Notes: generated by a model from the letters alone, not told the origin. Counted from the stretch's first letter, positions 7,246 to 16,059 are shown. The stretch is 38,443 nucleotides of DNA from an uncultured Candidatus Saccharibacteria bacterium (GCA_964571585.1 CAZNBW010000002.1:288-38730); one strand, 5' to 3'. Translations and numbers: made by a program.

Positions 7246-9338
7246 ATAGCAAAAAGTTTAGTTTAAAACTAGGAGAAAAAGATTTAGAAGTAGAGATTAA
7301 TGATTTGGCAGAGCAGGCAGCAGGATCTGCTTTTGTAAGATACGGAGATACTCTAATCTTAACTACCTGCTGCATGTCAAAACAAGACCGAGAGAACCTC
7401 GGCTTTTTTCCTTTAACTGTTGAATATCAGGAAAAATATTATGCTGCGGGAAAGATAAAAGGAGCTCGTTACGTAAGAAGAGAAGGAAAGCCTTCTGACG
7501 AGGCTATCTTAAACTCCAGATTAATAGACAGATCTATTAGGCCCTTGTTCCCAAAAGGTTTGAAGAGAGAGGTTCAGGTTATTTCCACTGTATTGGCCTG
7601 GGACGAAGAGAATGATCCGGATGTTTTAGCTTTAATTTCAGCCTCTATTGCTCTTTCTATTTCTAATATACCTTTCGCAGGCCCCATAGGAGCTGTGAGA
7701 GTTTCTAAGAAAGATAACGAATTATTGATTAATGCAAAATACGAAGACAGGAATAATAACGGATCAGGCGCTATTTTTGTAGGAACAGAAAGAGATAAGC
7801 AGATACTTATTAATATGATTGAAGGGGAGTTTGAAGAGTTTGAGGAAAAAGATGTTTTAGAATCCTTAAATTTTTCTTTAAAGGATATTAAAAGATTAAT
7901 TGATTTTCAAAAAGATATTCAAAAGAAACTTGGCAAAGAGAAGATTAAAATAGAAGAACCAGATCTAGAAGATCTTAAAAAGAAATCAGACAAGTTTTTA
8001 AAACAGGTGGAAAAGGTTTTCTTTGAGAAGGACAAAGGAAAAAGAAACAATGACTTAGATGAAATAAAGAATAATCTAATTGATTTTATTAAAGAGGAGT
8101 ATCCAGAAGATGACAGCAAAGTAGAACAGGCAAAAGAGCTTTTCGATCAAGAACAGGATAGATTACTTCACGAAAATATTATAAAATATGATAAGAGGCC
8201 GGATTTAAGAAAACTAGATGAAGTTAGAAAAATAGAGTGTCAAGTGGGAATTATCCCTAGAGCCCATGGATCAGGATTGTTCTCTAGGGGTCTTACAAAG
8301 GCATTATCTGTTTTAACTCTAGGACCTCCGGGAGACAAGCAGCTTTTAGAGGGCATGGAAATAGTCGGCCAGAAAAGATTTATGCACCATTATAATTTTC
8401 CTCCTTACTCTGCAGGAGAAACTGGTTTTTTAAGAGGTCCTGGCAGAAGGGAAATAGGTCATGGAATGTTGGTTGAAAAGGCCTTAAGGCCGCTGCTTCC
8501 TACTGTTGATGACTTTCCTTATACCATAAGGATTGTTACAGAGATACTGTCTTCAAACGGCTCTACATCCCAGGCTTCAGTCTCCAGTTCTTGCTTAGCC
8601 CTGCAAGATGCAGGAGTCCCGATTAAAGGAACGGCAGCTGGTATTGCTGTTGGCTTAGTCACCGAACAAGGAGTTAAAAAATGGAAAGTCCTGACAGATA
8701 TTCAGGGGCCAGAAGATCATCATGGAGACATGGACTTTAAAGTAGCTGGTACAGAAAAAGGGATTACAGCAATTCAAATGGATGTTAAAATAGATGGAAT
8801 AATACCAGAGATAGCTAAAGAAGCTTTAGAAAGAGCCAAAAAGGCAAGGCTGGAAATACTGTCTGCAATGAAAAAAACAATAGCTTCTCCGAGAGAAAGT
8901 CTTTCCCCTTATGCTCCAAGGATAATTACCTTGCAGATTAATCCTGAGAAGATAAGAGAAGTTATAGGCCCTGGAGGCAAAGTTATTAATGAGATTATTG
9001 ATAAAACAGGAGCTGCAATAGACATTGAAGATTCTGGCTTAATATTCGTTACAGGAGAAAAAGAAGAAGCTGCCAAAAAAGCAGTTTCCTGGATAAAAAG
9101 CATCACTAGGGAGGTTAAAGTTGGCGAGGTATTTGAAGGTAAGGTTAAAAGGATTCTTGTCTTCGGAGCTTTTGTTGAAATTCTGCCGGGCCAAGAAGGC
9201 TTAATTCATATATCAAAACTTTCTGATAAAAGAGTTAATAAAGTTGAAGATGTTTTGAAATTAGGAGATAAAGTTGTTGCAAAAGTAATTTCTATTGACG
9301 AGCAAGGAAGAATAAATCTGGCTCTTATTAAAAAATAA
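7242..9338 (+). CDS. pnp: Polyribonucleotide nucleotidyltransferase (PNPase)
   Basis: 698 aa. Two RNase PH-like cores (..RPLFPKG.., ..HHGDMDFKVAGT..GITAIQMDVK..), a KH motif (IGPGGKVINEI) and an S1 domain (VGEVFEGKVKRILVFGAFVEILPGQEGLIHIS). Confidence 0.96.
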   Translation: MNSKKFSLKLGEKDLEVEINDLAEQAAGSAFVRYGDTLILTTCCMSKQDRENLGFFPLTVEYQEKYYAAGKIKGARYVRREGKPSDEAILNSRLIDRSIRPLFPKGLKREVQVISTVLAWDEENDPDVLALISASIALSISNIPFAGPIGAVRVSKKDNELLINAKYEDRNNNGSGAIFVGTERDKQILINMIEGEFEEFEEKDVLESLNFSLKDIKRLIDFQKDIQKKLGKEKIKIEEPDLEDLKKKSDKFLKQVEKVFFEKDKGKRNNDLDEIKNNLIDFIKEEYPEDDSKVEQAKELFDQEQDRLLHENIIKYDKRPDLRKLDEVRKIECQVGIIPRAHGSGLFSRGLTKALSVLTLGPPGDKQLLEGMEIVGQKRFMHHYNFPPYSAGETGFLRGPGRREIGHGMLVEKALRPLLPTVDDFPYTIRIVTEILSSNGSTSQASVSSSCLALQDAGVPIKGTAAGIAVGLVTEQGVKKWKVLTDIQGPEDHHGDMDFKVAGTEKGITAIQMDVKIDGIIPEIAKEALERAKKARLEILSAMKKTIASPRESLSPYAPRIITLQINPEKIREVIGPGGKVINEIIDKTGAAIDIEDSGLIFVTGEKEEAAKKAVSWIKSITREVKVGEVFEGKVKRILVFGAFVEILPGQEGLIHISKLSDKRVNKVEDVLKLGDKVVAKVISIDEQGRINLALIKK

Positions 9339-9340
9339 TT

Positions 9341-12136
9341 ATGGATGAGCCGAAGGTTTTAATTTCAAAAAAATCCATTAGAACAATGGGAAAAGACATG
9401 GTTCGTGTTAAACGAGATGAACTTGACGTTGAAGAAAAGGGAAAAGATGATCAAAAAGCTTTATTTAAAGAGGTTGAAAAAAGAAAACAGGAGGAGGAAA
9501 GATTAATATCTTTGCAAGAGCAAGGAAAGAAAATTGTCCAAGAGGCCCGTCAAAAGCGGGAATCCGTTGACGTTAAAGCTTTGGCAGACAAGCAAGAAGA
9601 AATGAAAAAACAACAGGAAGCTAAGAGAACTGCAGCCTTGCAAGAATCAAGAAAAAAAGCAGAACAGGAAGATGAAAAAAGAGAACAAGAAGAAAGCAAG
9701 ATGGTAGAGACCAAAAGAATACCTGAAAAACCTGCAGCTATGCCAAAAGCTGTAGCTGAAAGAACAGAGAATGAAAAAGAAGAAATATCTCAAAAAGATA
9801 TGAAAAAGGAAGAGCTTTTAGAAAAAAGAAAAGCAATAGGGCAAGAAAAGACAAAAATCCAAGAAGAACTTAAAAGTTTGGACCCGGACAAAAAGCCTTT
9901 GGATATTAAGAAAAAGGCCATTTTAGAAGAGATAAGAACAGTCGAGCTTAGTTTTCAAGAAACTAAAATTAAAGAAGATGAAATAGAGCAAAAGCTTTCA
10001 GTGATTGAGAAAAGAGAAGCTCAGGCTAAAAACCCCCAGCAAAGAAGGTCTTTGGAAAAAAAGAGATGGAAACTCGAGAAAAAGAGAGAGGAAATAGAGA
10101 AAAAGAGATGGCCTGAAGATGAAAAATTAGAGCAGCTTGAGGCCAGGCTAAAGAGCATAGAAAGGGAAAGTAAGGGCATGGAAGCAAAAGAGCAGGAACT
10201 TTTAAGTAAACAAAAAGAGATTAATAAAAAAGAGCAGGATAATAATTTAAAAATAGAAAGAATTGATTTGGAAGAAACGTTAAAAGATATGGCAGAAAGC
10301 AAGGTCGTGTTTGAGGGTAAGGTGAACATTTTATTTAAGAATAATGAAGAGGCAAAAAACAACCTAAACGTTATTTTAGCAGAAGAAAAAAAGGTTGAGC
10401 AAGAAAAAGCAGAAACTGAGAATAAAGAAAGAGCAGCTGAGAGTAATTCTCAACGAAGAGAGCTGGAAAAAGCCAGATGGCAGATAGAAGAAAGAAGAAG
10501 ACAAACAGAGTCAAAGAGATGGAAGTTGGAGGAGGAAAGAGCAAAAATCTCCCAGGATTTAAAAGATTCTCAAAATAGATTGAAAGCTGTCTTAGATAAA
10601 AAGGAAAGCATTTCTAAGAGAATTGAAGAAATAGATCTTTTATTACAAGGGAAGACCCCGATTGTTCCACCAAAACCATTTATTCAGTCCACTGAACAAC
10701 CCAAAAGGGAGGAACCCAAAGAAGATCTAAAAAGGGGAGAACCTAAAGAAAAGCCTGAAAAAGAAGAACCTAAGAAAGAACCTAAAAAAGAAGAACCTTT
10801 GAAGGAAAAAACCAAGGAGGAAATCTTAAAAGAAGTAGAGGAAGAGAGAATAGTTAGAATAGAAGAAGCCAGAAAAAGAATAGATACCTTAAAAAAAGCA
10901 GCCCTAGAAAGAAAAGAAAGGCAGGAGCAGATGAAAAAAGCTGTCATGCCCTCAAATGCCAGGCAGAAATTGGAGCCTGTCCATGAAGATCCTGATCCTG
11001 GAAAAGAAGAGAGAAGAGCAGAAATAATGAGCCGTTTGAGAACGCCTGTTTCTATATATAAGAAGATTAGTAAATCTGATGATAGAAAACAGACAGGTGT
11101 TCCAACATCAGAAGAAATTATCAGGGTTGTCCCTAAAAAACCAAGTTTTAAAGAAAAGCTTTGGGTGAGGGCATTAATCGTTGCGGCCACCCTAGTTGTT
11201 TTAGCCGGGATACTTACTTTTTGGTATTGGTATTTTAGGATTAGAACTTCAGTTCCTGCTTACCCTCCAGGATATGAAAGGGAAAGAGAGGGAATCAGCA
11301 TTCCCACAGCTCTGTTTAACGTTACAGATACTACCATAATAACAATATCTGATAAAAAAGATCTTTCAGAATCTATCAAGAAGACCTTGGAGTCTTTCCA
11401 GCGTGTGGACAGATTTAAGCGCATAATTATTAAAAAAGAAGGAGAAATTGTTGGAGTAAAAGAATTATTTGAATTGTTAGAAGTTAATATTACAGAGAAC
11501 TTTTACGATAATATACTAGATGAGCCAACTATGTTTATATATTCACAGGGCCAGGGAAATAGATTTGGCTTTGTTGTTAAAACTTCTACTTCAGCTAAAG
11601 ATCTGAATATTGTTTTGAAGGCAGCAGAGCCTACAGCAGAGACAGACTTTGAACCTCTTTTTGTCTTAATGGGCAAAAAAGGTAAGGCCGTAGCCCCTTA
11701 TTTTAAAAATGCTGTAGACATGGAAGACTATACAGGCCTTGATTTTAGGTTCAAGACGTTGGATCAAAATGATCTGGCTATCACTTATGCTGCAACTGAT
11801 TATTATTTTGCATTTTCTTCTTCCTGGGAAAGCATGGAAAGTCTTTTAATGGAGCTTCAAAACTTTTTAGAAAACAAGGTTTTGACGAATGATTTAAAGC
11901 AGGGAGACCAGGGAAAGCAGGTTTCTCTTTTGCAGGGTTGGTTAGCAAAAGATTTAAGTATTGATAGCCCAGGATTTATTTCCGGCATTTACAACCAAGA
12001 AACAAAAGATTATGTTATTCTGTTTCAAGAGAAATATGCCTCAGACATATTAATACCCCAAGGTCAAACCAAAGGGACAGGAATTGTTGATTTAGCCACA
12101 AGAAGAAAACTAAACAATCTTTATTCTGATTTTTAA
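9341..12136 (+). CDS. Giant E/K-rich coiled-coil protein with one TM helix and a C-terminal peptidoglycan-binding (PG_binding_1-like) domain
   Basis: 931 aa. About 600 aa of charged low-complexity sequence with recurring ..RR.LEK.RW..E..R.. units. TM segment LWVRALIVAATLVVLAGILTFWYWYF. C-terminus LKQGDQGKQVSLLQGWLAKD..ISGIYNQETKDYVILFQEKY is PG-binding-like. Confidence 0.8.
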   Translation: MDEPKVLISKKSIRTMGKDMVRVKRDELDVEEKGKDDQKALFKEVEKRKQEEERLISLQEQGKKIVQEARQKRESVDVKALADKQEEMKKQQEAKRTAALQESRKKAEQEDEKREQEESKMVETKRIPEKPAAMPKAVAERTENEKEEISQKDMKKEELLEKRKAIGQEKTKIQEELKSLDPDKKPLDIKKKAILEEIRTVELSFQETKIKEDEIEQKLSVIEKREAQAKNPQQRRSLEKKRWKLEKKREEIEKKRWPEDEKLEQLEARLKSIERESKGMEAKEQELLSKQKEINKKEQDNNLKIERIDLEETLKDMAESKVVFEGKVNILFKNNEEAKNNLNVILAEEKKVEQEKAETENKERAAESNSQRRELEKARWQIEERRRQTESKRWKLEEERAKISQDLKDSQNRLKAVLDKKESISKRIEEIDLLLQGKTPIVPPKPFIQSTEQPKREEPKEDLKRGEPKEKPEKEEPKKEPKKEEPLKEKTKEEILKEVEEERIVRIEEARKRIDTLKKAALERKERQEQMKKAVMPSNARQKLEPVHEDPDPGKEERRAEIMSRLRTPVSIYKKISKSDDRKQTGVPTSEEIIRVVPKKPSFKEKLWVRALIVAATLVVLAGILTFWYWYFRIRTSVPAYPPGYEREREGISIPTALFNVTDTTIITISDKKDLSESIKKTLESFQRVDRFKRIIIKKEGEIVGVKELFELLEVNITENFYDNILDEPTMFIYSQGQGNRFGFVVKTSTSAKDLNIVLKAAEPTAETDFEPLFVLMGKKGKAVAPYFKNAVDMEDYTGLDFRFKTLDQNDLAITYAATDYYFAFSSSWESMESLLMELQNFLENKVLTNDLKQGDQGKQVSLLQGWLAKDLSIDSPGFISGIYNQETKDYVILFQEKYASDILIPQGQTKGTGIVDLATRRKLNNLYSDF

Positions 12137-12147
12137 TTAAAAACAAT

Positions 12148-12516
12148 ATGACAAAGGAGATATTAGACGAACTTAAAGAAAAGCTTAAAAAGCAAAAAGA
12201 GGTTTTAGAAAAAGAGCTTTCTGGGTTTGCCAAAAAAGATGAAAATCTTAAGGGCGACTGGGATACAAAGTACCCAAAAGCAAATGGAGCAACTGGCAGC
12301 GCGGCTTTAGAGGATGCAGCAGATCAGGTAGAAGCTTATGCCAATCTTCTTCCAGTAGAGCATGATATGGAGTTGCGTCTTCAGGATATAGATGCGGCTT
12401 TAGAGAAAATAAAGAAGGGTAATTACGGCAAATGCGACAAGTGCGGCAAGGATATTGATATAGAAAGATTAAAAGTATATCCAGAAGCAAGATTTTGCGT
12501 TAAATGTGAAAAGTAA
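12148..12516 (+). CDS. DksA/TraR-family C4 zinc-finger protein
   Basis: 122 aa. Coiled-coil N-terminus and C-terminal CDKCGKDIDIERLKVYPEARFCVKCE (CxxC-x17-CxxC of the DksA/TraR family). Confidence 0.8.
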   Translation: MTKEILDELKEKLKKQKEVLEKELSGFAKKDENLKGDWDTKYPKANGATGSAALEDAADQVEAYANLLPVEHDMELRLQDIDAALEKIKKGNYGKCDKCGKDIDIERLKVYPEARFCVKCEK

Positions 12517-12548
12517 GGCCGGCCTTGGCCTTAAGTTAATAAAAACAG

Positions 12549-12576
12549 CCCTGATGAACATCGGGGTTGTTTTTTT
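12549..12576 (+). terminator. Rho-independent terminator; also lies at the 3' end of the convergent tRNA-Arg
   Basis: Stem ccctgat / atcgggg (7 bp, one G-U), GAAC loop, then ttgttttttt. A second GC hairpin taaggcc-ggcctt-ggcctta lies just upstream at 12514-12533. Confidence 0.7.
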
Positions 12577-12577
12577 G

Positions 12578-12651
12578 AGCGCCTGGCAGGAGTTGAACCC
12601 GCAACCTCTGCGTCCGAAGCGCAGCGCTCTATCCAGTTGAGCTACAGGCGC
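12578..12651 (-). tRNA. tRNA-Arg (anticodon TCG)
   Basis: The reverse complement folds as acceptor gcgcctg/caggcgc, D arm gctc-aactggata-gagc, anticodon arm ctgcg-CTTCGGA-cgcag, variable aggtt, T arm gcggg-ttcaact-cctgc. No encoded CCA. Confidence 0.88.
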
Positions 12652-12714
12652 GCTTTTTTATCTTACCATATATTTTAATTGAAAAAAAGGGGGTTTTAGT
12701 ATAGGATAAAAGTA

Positions 12715-14148
12715 ATGAATATACCTAAAAATGTAAAAGATATTATCAAAAAGCTGGAGAATAAAAAATTCCAGGCCTATTTAGTTGGCGGTTGCGTAAG
12801 GGATTTGTTAAGGGGAGAAAAACCAAAGGACTGGGATATTTCTGTTTCAGCTAAGCCAGAAGATATTCAAAAGATATTTCCTGATAGTTTCTGCAACAAT
12901 GAATTCGGCACAGTTAATGTTGCGGGAGTGGAAATCACCCCTTTCAGAACAGAAGAAAAGTACACAGACAAAAGACATCCTGATAAGATTGAATGGGTTG
13001 AAACAATAGAACAAGATCTTTCTCGCAGAGACTTTACTGTAAATGCTTTAGCTCTTAGGGTTGGTCCAGGGCAAGCTACCGAAATAGTAGATCTATACGA
13101 TGGAAGAGAAGATGTAAAGAAGAAAATAATACGTGCTGTTGGTAAGCCAGAAGATAGGTTTTCAGAAGATGCTTTAAGAATGATGAGGGCAGTAAGATTT
13201 GCAACTGTTTTGGGCTGGAAAATAGAAGATAATACTAAAAAAGCAATTAAACAGAACTCTTCTTTGCTTAGGGCTATTTCCAAAGAAAGAATAAGGGATG
13301 AGCTTCTAAAGATTATTATGGCAGACAAAGCAGCTTTTGGAATAGAGTTATTAAGAGAGCTTGATCTTTTAATATATATTATCCCGGAGCTTGAAGAGAA
13401 TTACGGAGTTTCACAGAACAAGCATCATATTTATGACTGCTATAAGCATGCAGTACTATCTTTAGAATTTGCTGCTAAAAGGAAGTTTAATATGCATGTT
13501 AGAATGGCCTCTCTTTTGCACGATATTGGAAAACCGGCAGCCAAAAGAGGCAAGGGCGAAGATGCTACTTTTTACAACCATGAGATGATTGGAGCTAAAA
13601 TGACAGTTAAGATTCTTGATAGATTAAGGTTTCCCAAGAAAGACATAGAGAAAATATCAAAGCTTGTCAGGTACCATTTATTTTATTATAACGTAGGAGA
13701 GGTTTCAGAAGCTTCTGTTAGAAGATTATTAAGAAAAGTAGGTTCTGAGAACATAGATGAGCTTTTGCAGTTGAGAATGGCAGACAGGATTGGCTCTGGT
13801 TGTCCTAAGGCGGAACCCTACAAGCTGCGCCACTTAAGATATGTTATAGAAAAGGTTTCCAAAGACCCGGTTTCTGTAAATATGCTTAAGGTTTCAGGCG
13901 AGGATGTGATGAAAGAGCTAAAAGAAAAGCCAGGTCCCAAAATAGGCCAGGTTTTAGATATCCTTTTAGGCTATGTTTTAGCAGATCCTAAAAAGAATAA
14001 AAAGGATTTTCTTAAAAAAGAGATCACTAAATTAGGCAAATTAAAAGATAAGGAATTAGAAAGGGTAGCTTTTGATGCTAAAAAAGAGAGAGATGAGATT
14101 ATAACAAAAGAGGATAAAATGACCAAAGAAAAGTACTGGGTCACTTAA
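12715..14148 (+). CDS. cca: CCA-adding tRNA nucleotidyltransferase with HD domain
   Basis: 477 aa. AYLVGGCVRDLL..KDWD head-domain motif, RRDFTVNAL, and an HD domain (LLHDIGKP, ..HLFYYN..). Confidence 0.9.
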   Translation: MNIPKNVKDIIKKLENKKFQAYLVGGCVRDLLRGEKPKDWDISVSAKPEDIQKIFPDSFCNNEFGTVNVAGVEITPFRTEEKYTDKRHPDKIEWVETIEQDLSRRDFTVNALALRVGPGQATEIVDLYDGREDVKKKIIRAVGKPEDRFSEDALRMMRAVRFATVLGWKIEDNTKKAIKQNSSLLRAISKERIRDELLKIIMADKAAFGIELLRELDLLIYIIPELEENYGVSQNKHHIYDCYKHAVLSLEFAAKRKFNMHVRMASLLHDIGKPAAKRGKGEDATFYNHEMIGAKMTVKILDRLRFPKKDIEKISKLVRYHLFYYNVGEVSEASVRRLLRKVGSENIDELLQLRMADRIGSGCPKAEPYKLRHLRYVIEKVSKDPVSVNMLKVSGEDVMKELKEKPGPKIGQVLDILLGYVLADPKKNKKDFLKKEITKLGKLKDKELERVAFDAKKERDEIITKEDKMTKEKYWVT

Positions 14149-14219
14149 CGGGGCGTGGTGTAGTGGCAACACATACCCTTCGGGAGGGTATAATCTGAGT
14201 TCGATTCTCGGCGCCCCGA
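14149..14219 (+). tRNA. tRNA-Pro (anticodon CGG)
   Basis: Starts the base after the cca stop. Acceptor cggggcg/cgccccg (C1-G72, typical of bacterial tRNA-Pro), D arm gtgt-agtggca-acac, anticodon arm taccc-TTCGGGA-gggta, T arm ctgag-ttcgatt-ctcgg. No encoded CCA. Confidence 0.85.
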
Positions 14220-14243
14220 ATTAATTTAGTGTTTTTGTTAAAA

Positions 14244-14690
14244 ATGAAAAAGAAAATTTTCTTAATTGTTATCTTTCTATTTTTATTAACAATAATAGTA
14301 GTATTAAAAAATTACAGCGAAAAAAAACAAGGTCGGGTTTGTTTTGAAAGCTATTGCTTTAATGTCGAATTAGCTGTAACGCCTGAACAAAGAAGAAACG
14401 GTTTAATGTTTAGAGAAAATCTGGGCCCAAAAGAAGGAATGCTCTTTGTTTATGATAAAGAAGAAATGTATTATTTTTGGATGAAGAACACTTTGATTTC
14501 CTTGGATATAATATGGATTAATAACAACAAAGAAGTTGTTTTCATTAGCGAGAACGTTCAACCGTGCAAGAATGTTTCTTGTCCTGCTATAAAACCGTCT
14601 GAAAATGCAAAATATATTTTAGAGATAAATGGAGGCATTTGCCAAAAAATTGGACTAGCTATCGGGGATAAAATAAGTATAGAGTATTAA
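14244..14690 (+). CDS. DUF192 (COG1430) family protein with N-terminal TM/signal
   Basis: ELAVTPEQRRNGLMFRENLGPKEGMLFVY...FWMKNTLISLDIIWIN matches the DUF192 pattern. I prefer the ATG at 14244 (MKKKIFLIV..) to the GTG at 14229 in the track. Confidence 0.75.
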   Translation: MKKKIFLIVIFLFLLTIIVVLKNYSEKKQGRVCFESYCFNVELAVTPEQRRNGLMFRENLGPKEGMLFVYDKEEMYYFWMKNTLISLDIIWINNNKEVVFISENVQPCKNVSCPAIKPSENAKYILEINGGICQKIGLAIGDKISIEY

Positions 14691-14692
14691 TC

Positions 14693-14763
14693 GGGCTCAT
14701 AGTAAAGTGGTATTACGCGACATTCGCATTGTCGAGGCCTGGGTTCGATTCCCAGTGAGTCCA
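14693..14763 (+). tRNA. tRNA-Ala (anticodon CGC)
   Basis: Acceptor gggctca/tgagtcc with G3:U70 (the Ala identity pair), D arm gtaa-agtggta-ttac, anticodon arm cgaca-TTCGCAT-tgtcg, T arm ctggg-ttcgatt-cccag, discriminator A. Confidence 0.88.
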
Positions 14764-14766
14764 CAT

Positions 14767-15447
14767 ATGAACGGTTCAGGGTCAAGAGATTTTATTTTAG
14801 GGAAAGTAGAGTATTTTTTAATACCCAGGATTTTTTATTATTTTTTTTGTATTCCCTTTAAAGTTATTTTTAAGTTATTCTTTCAATTAGAAGTAGAAAC
14901 TCAAGAAGATTTAAAAAACCTTCAAGGTCCTTTAGTTCTTGCCTCTTCTCATGCTTCCTGGGTGGACCCCTTTTTAATAGGCGCTGCATTTCCTCTTTCA
15001 ACCAAAGTAGCTCCTATCCATTACGCAACTTGGTGGAAGTATTATTACTTTCCTCCTTTCATTCTGCTAATATGGCTTGTCGGGGGTTTTCCTGTTAGAA
15101 AGGGAGTTGGCTTAGACAAGTCATTAGTGGTAGCTTCAAGGATATTAAAGCAAGGAGGAACTATAGGAGTTTTTCCTTCTGGCAAAAGAGCTAGAAAGTG
15201 GAATGAATATTATCAGCCAAGAGCTAAAAGGGGGGCAGCTTATCTAGCTATTAAAAACAATGCTCCGGTTCTTCCTGTTAAAATAGAAGGAAATGTTGGG
15301 ATGAAATTTTCCGGGTTTTTAATAAGAAAATACAAGATCAAAGTTAAAGTTGGTAAGGCTTTTTATCTTGCTTCTCAGGATTTGAATAATCCAGAAAATC
15401 TTAATAATCCTTCTAATTTGATAATGGATAAGATAAGTGAATTATAG
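14767..15447 (+). CDS. Lysophospholipid (1-acyl-glycerol-3-phosphate) acyltransferase family protein
   Basis: HxxxxD motif (SSHASWVDPF) and FPSGKR motif of the PlsC/LPLAT family. The track ORF starts at 14707 inside tRNA-Ala, so I trimmed it to the ATG at 14767 (MNGSGSRDF..). Confidence 0.78.
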   Translation: MNGSGSRDFILGKVEYFLIPRIFYYFFCIPFKVIFKLFFQLEVETQEDLKNLQGPLVLASSHASWVDPFLIGAAFPLSTKVAPIHYATWWKYYYFPPFILLIWLVGGFPVRKGVGLDKSLVVASRILKQGGTIGVFPSGKRARKWNEYYQPRAKRGAAYLAIKNNAPVLPVKIEGNVGMKFSGFLIRKYKIKVKVGKAFYLASQDLNNPENLNNPSNLIMDKISEL

Positions 15448-15450
15448 AGC

Positions 15451-15478
15451 TTGACACCTTTTATTGGTAAGATATTAT
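15451..15478 (+). promoter_or_regulatory. Sigma70-like promoter (TTGACA-16 nt-TATTAT) with no conventional gene downstream
   Basis: TTGACA at 15451-15456 and TATTAT at 15473-15478. It would drive a ~160-nt transcript ending at the 15611-15641 terminator. Confidence 0.45.
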
Positions 15479-15610
15479 TATCTTATAGAGGATTCTACGG
15501 AGTGGTCATCCGTGTGGCCGCTTTTTAAAATTAAGAGAAATATAATGAACAAAGAAAGACTTTATTTCCAAGACGAAGAGGAAGAGGATACGGAAGACGA
15601 AGAATAAATA

Positions 15611-15641
15611 AAAACAACCCCGATTTAACGGGGTTGTTTTT
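15611..15641. terminator. Bidirectional rho-independent terminator
   Basis: acaaccccg-atttaa-cggggttgt with an A-run upstream and a T-run downstream. It sits between the short + transcript and the convergent minus-strand CxxC gene. Confidence 0.75.
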
Positions 15642-15649
15642 ATTCACGT

Positions 15650-15850
15650 TTAGCGTCCTCCAAACTTTCTATCTCTCTTGTTTCTCCAGCAGTCTCTGCA
15701 ATAGATTGGCCTGTCTGGAGCAGGTTCAAAAGGAAGTTCTGTTATCTTTGCTTGACACTCAGAACATTCCCAGTCACCCTGAACCATTTCTCTAGGTTCT
15801 CTTGGAGTAAAGTTTCTGTTTGGACGATCATTTGATCTGTCGAAATTCAT
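15650..15850 (-). CDS. CxxC-x17-CxxC-type small zinc-ribbon protein
   Basis: 66 aa. DWECSECQAKITELPFEPAPDRPIYCRDCWRNKR matches the ..C..C....VPF.P...RPVYC..C.. family pattern (18-residue spacer by my count). Confidence 0.75.
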   Translation of the reverse strand: MNFDRSNDRPNRNFTPREPREMVQGDWECSECQAKITELPFEPAPDRPIYCRDCWRNKRDRKFGGR

Positions 15851-16030
15851 ATATTTTGCTTTAAAAAAATAAAGCGACCTTTTTGACTTTTAAGCCGCCT
15901 ATCTACTTTGCCTATATTTTTTTAGAATATGACTCGTTAAAATACTCGACTCTATAGCCTTAAATACATTATACTCTTTATATAAAAAAAGTCAACCCCC
16001 TTGCCGTAACAAGCTAATTTTGTTGCAATC

Positions 16031-16059
16031 TTGTCTGGTCGCATCGTCAGTGGTATAAT
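16031..16059 (+). promoter_or_regulatory. Promoter with extended -10 (TTGTCT-17 nt-TGgTATAAT)
   Basis: TTGTCT at 16031-16036, TG at 16051-16052, TATAAT at 16054-16059, 30 nt upstream of the 16090 ATG. Confidence 0.5.

Noticed and set aside
10021-11190. 113-aa and 168-aa minus-strand ORFs inside the coiled-coil gene
   Set aside because: They are shadow ORFs. The sense strand is extremely purine-rich (GAA/AAA codons), so the antisense is stop-poor and encodes Ser/Phe/Leu low-complexity sequence.
12867-13328. 153-aa minus-strand ORF inside cca, and similar antisense ORFs at 22422-22790, 23745-24318, 25192-25547, 26966-27730 and 37032-37408
   Set aside because: All are fully contained antisense within longer ORFs that have clear family motifs.
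14707-14766. N-terminal extension of the acyltransferase ORF as given in the track
   Set aside because: The extension is read through tRNA-Ala (14693-14763). The first ATG after the tRNA, at 14767, is the plausible start.
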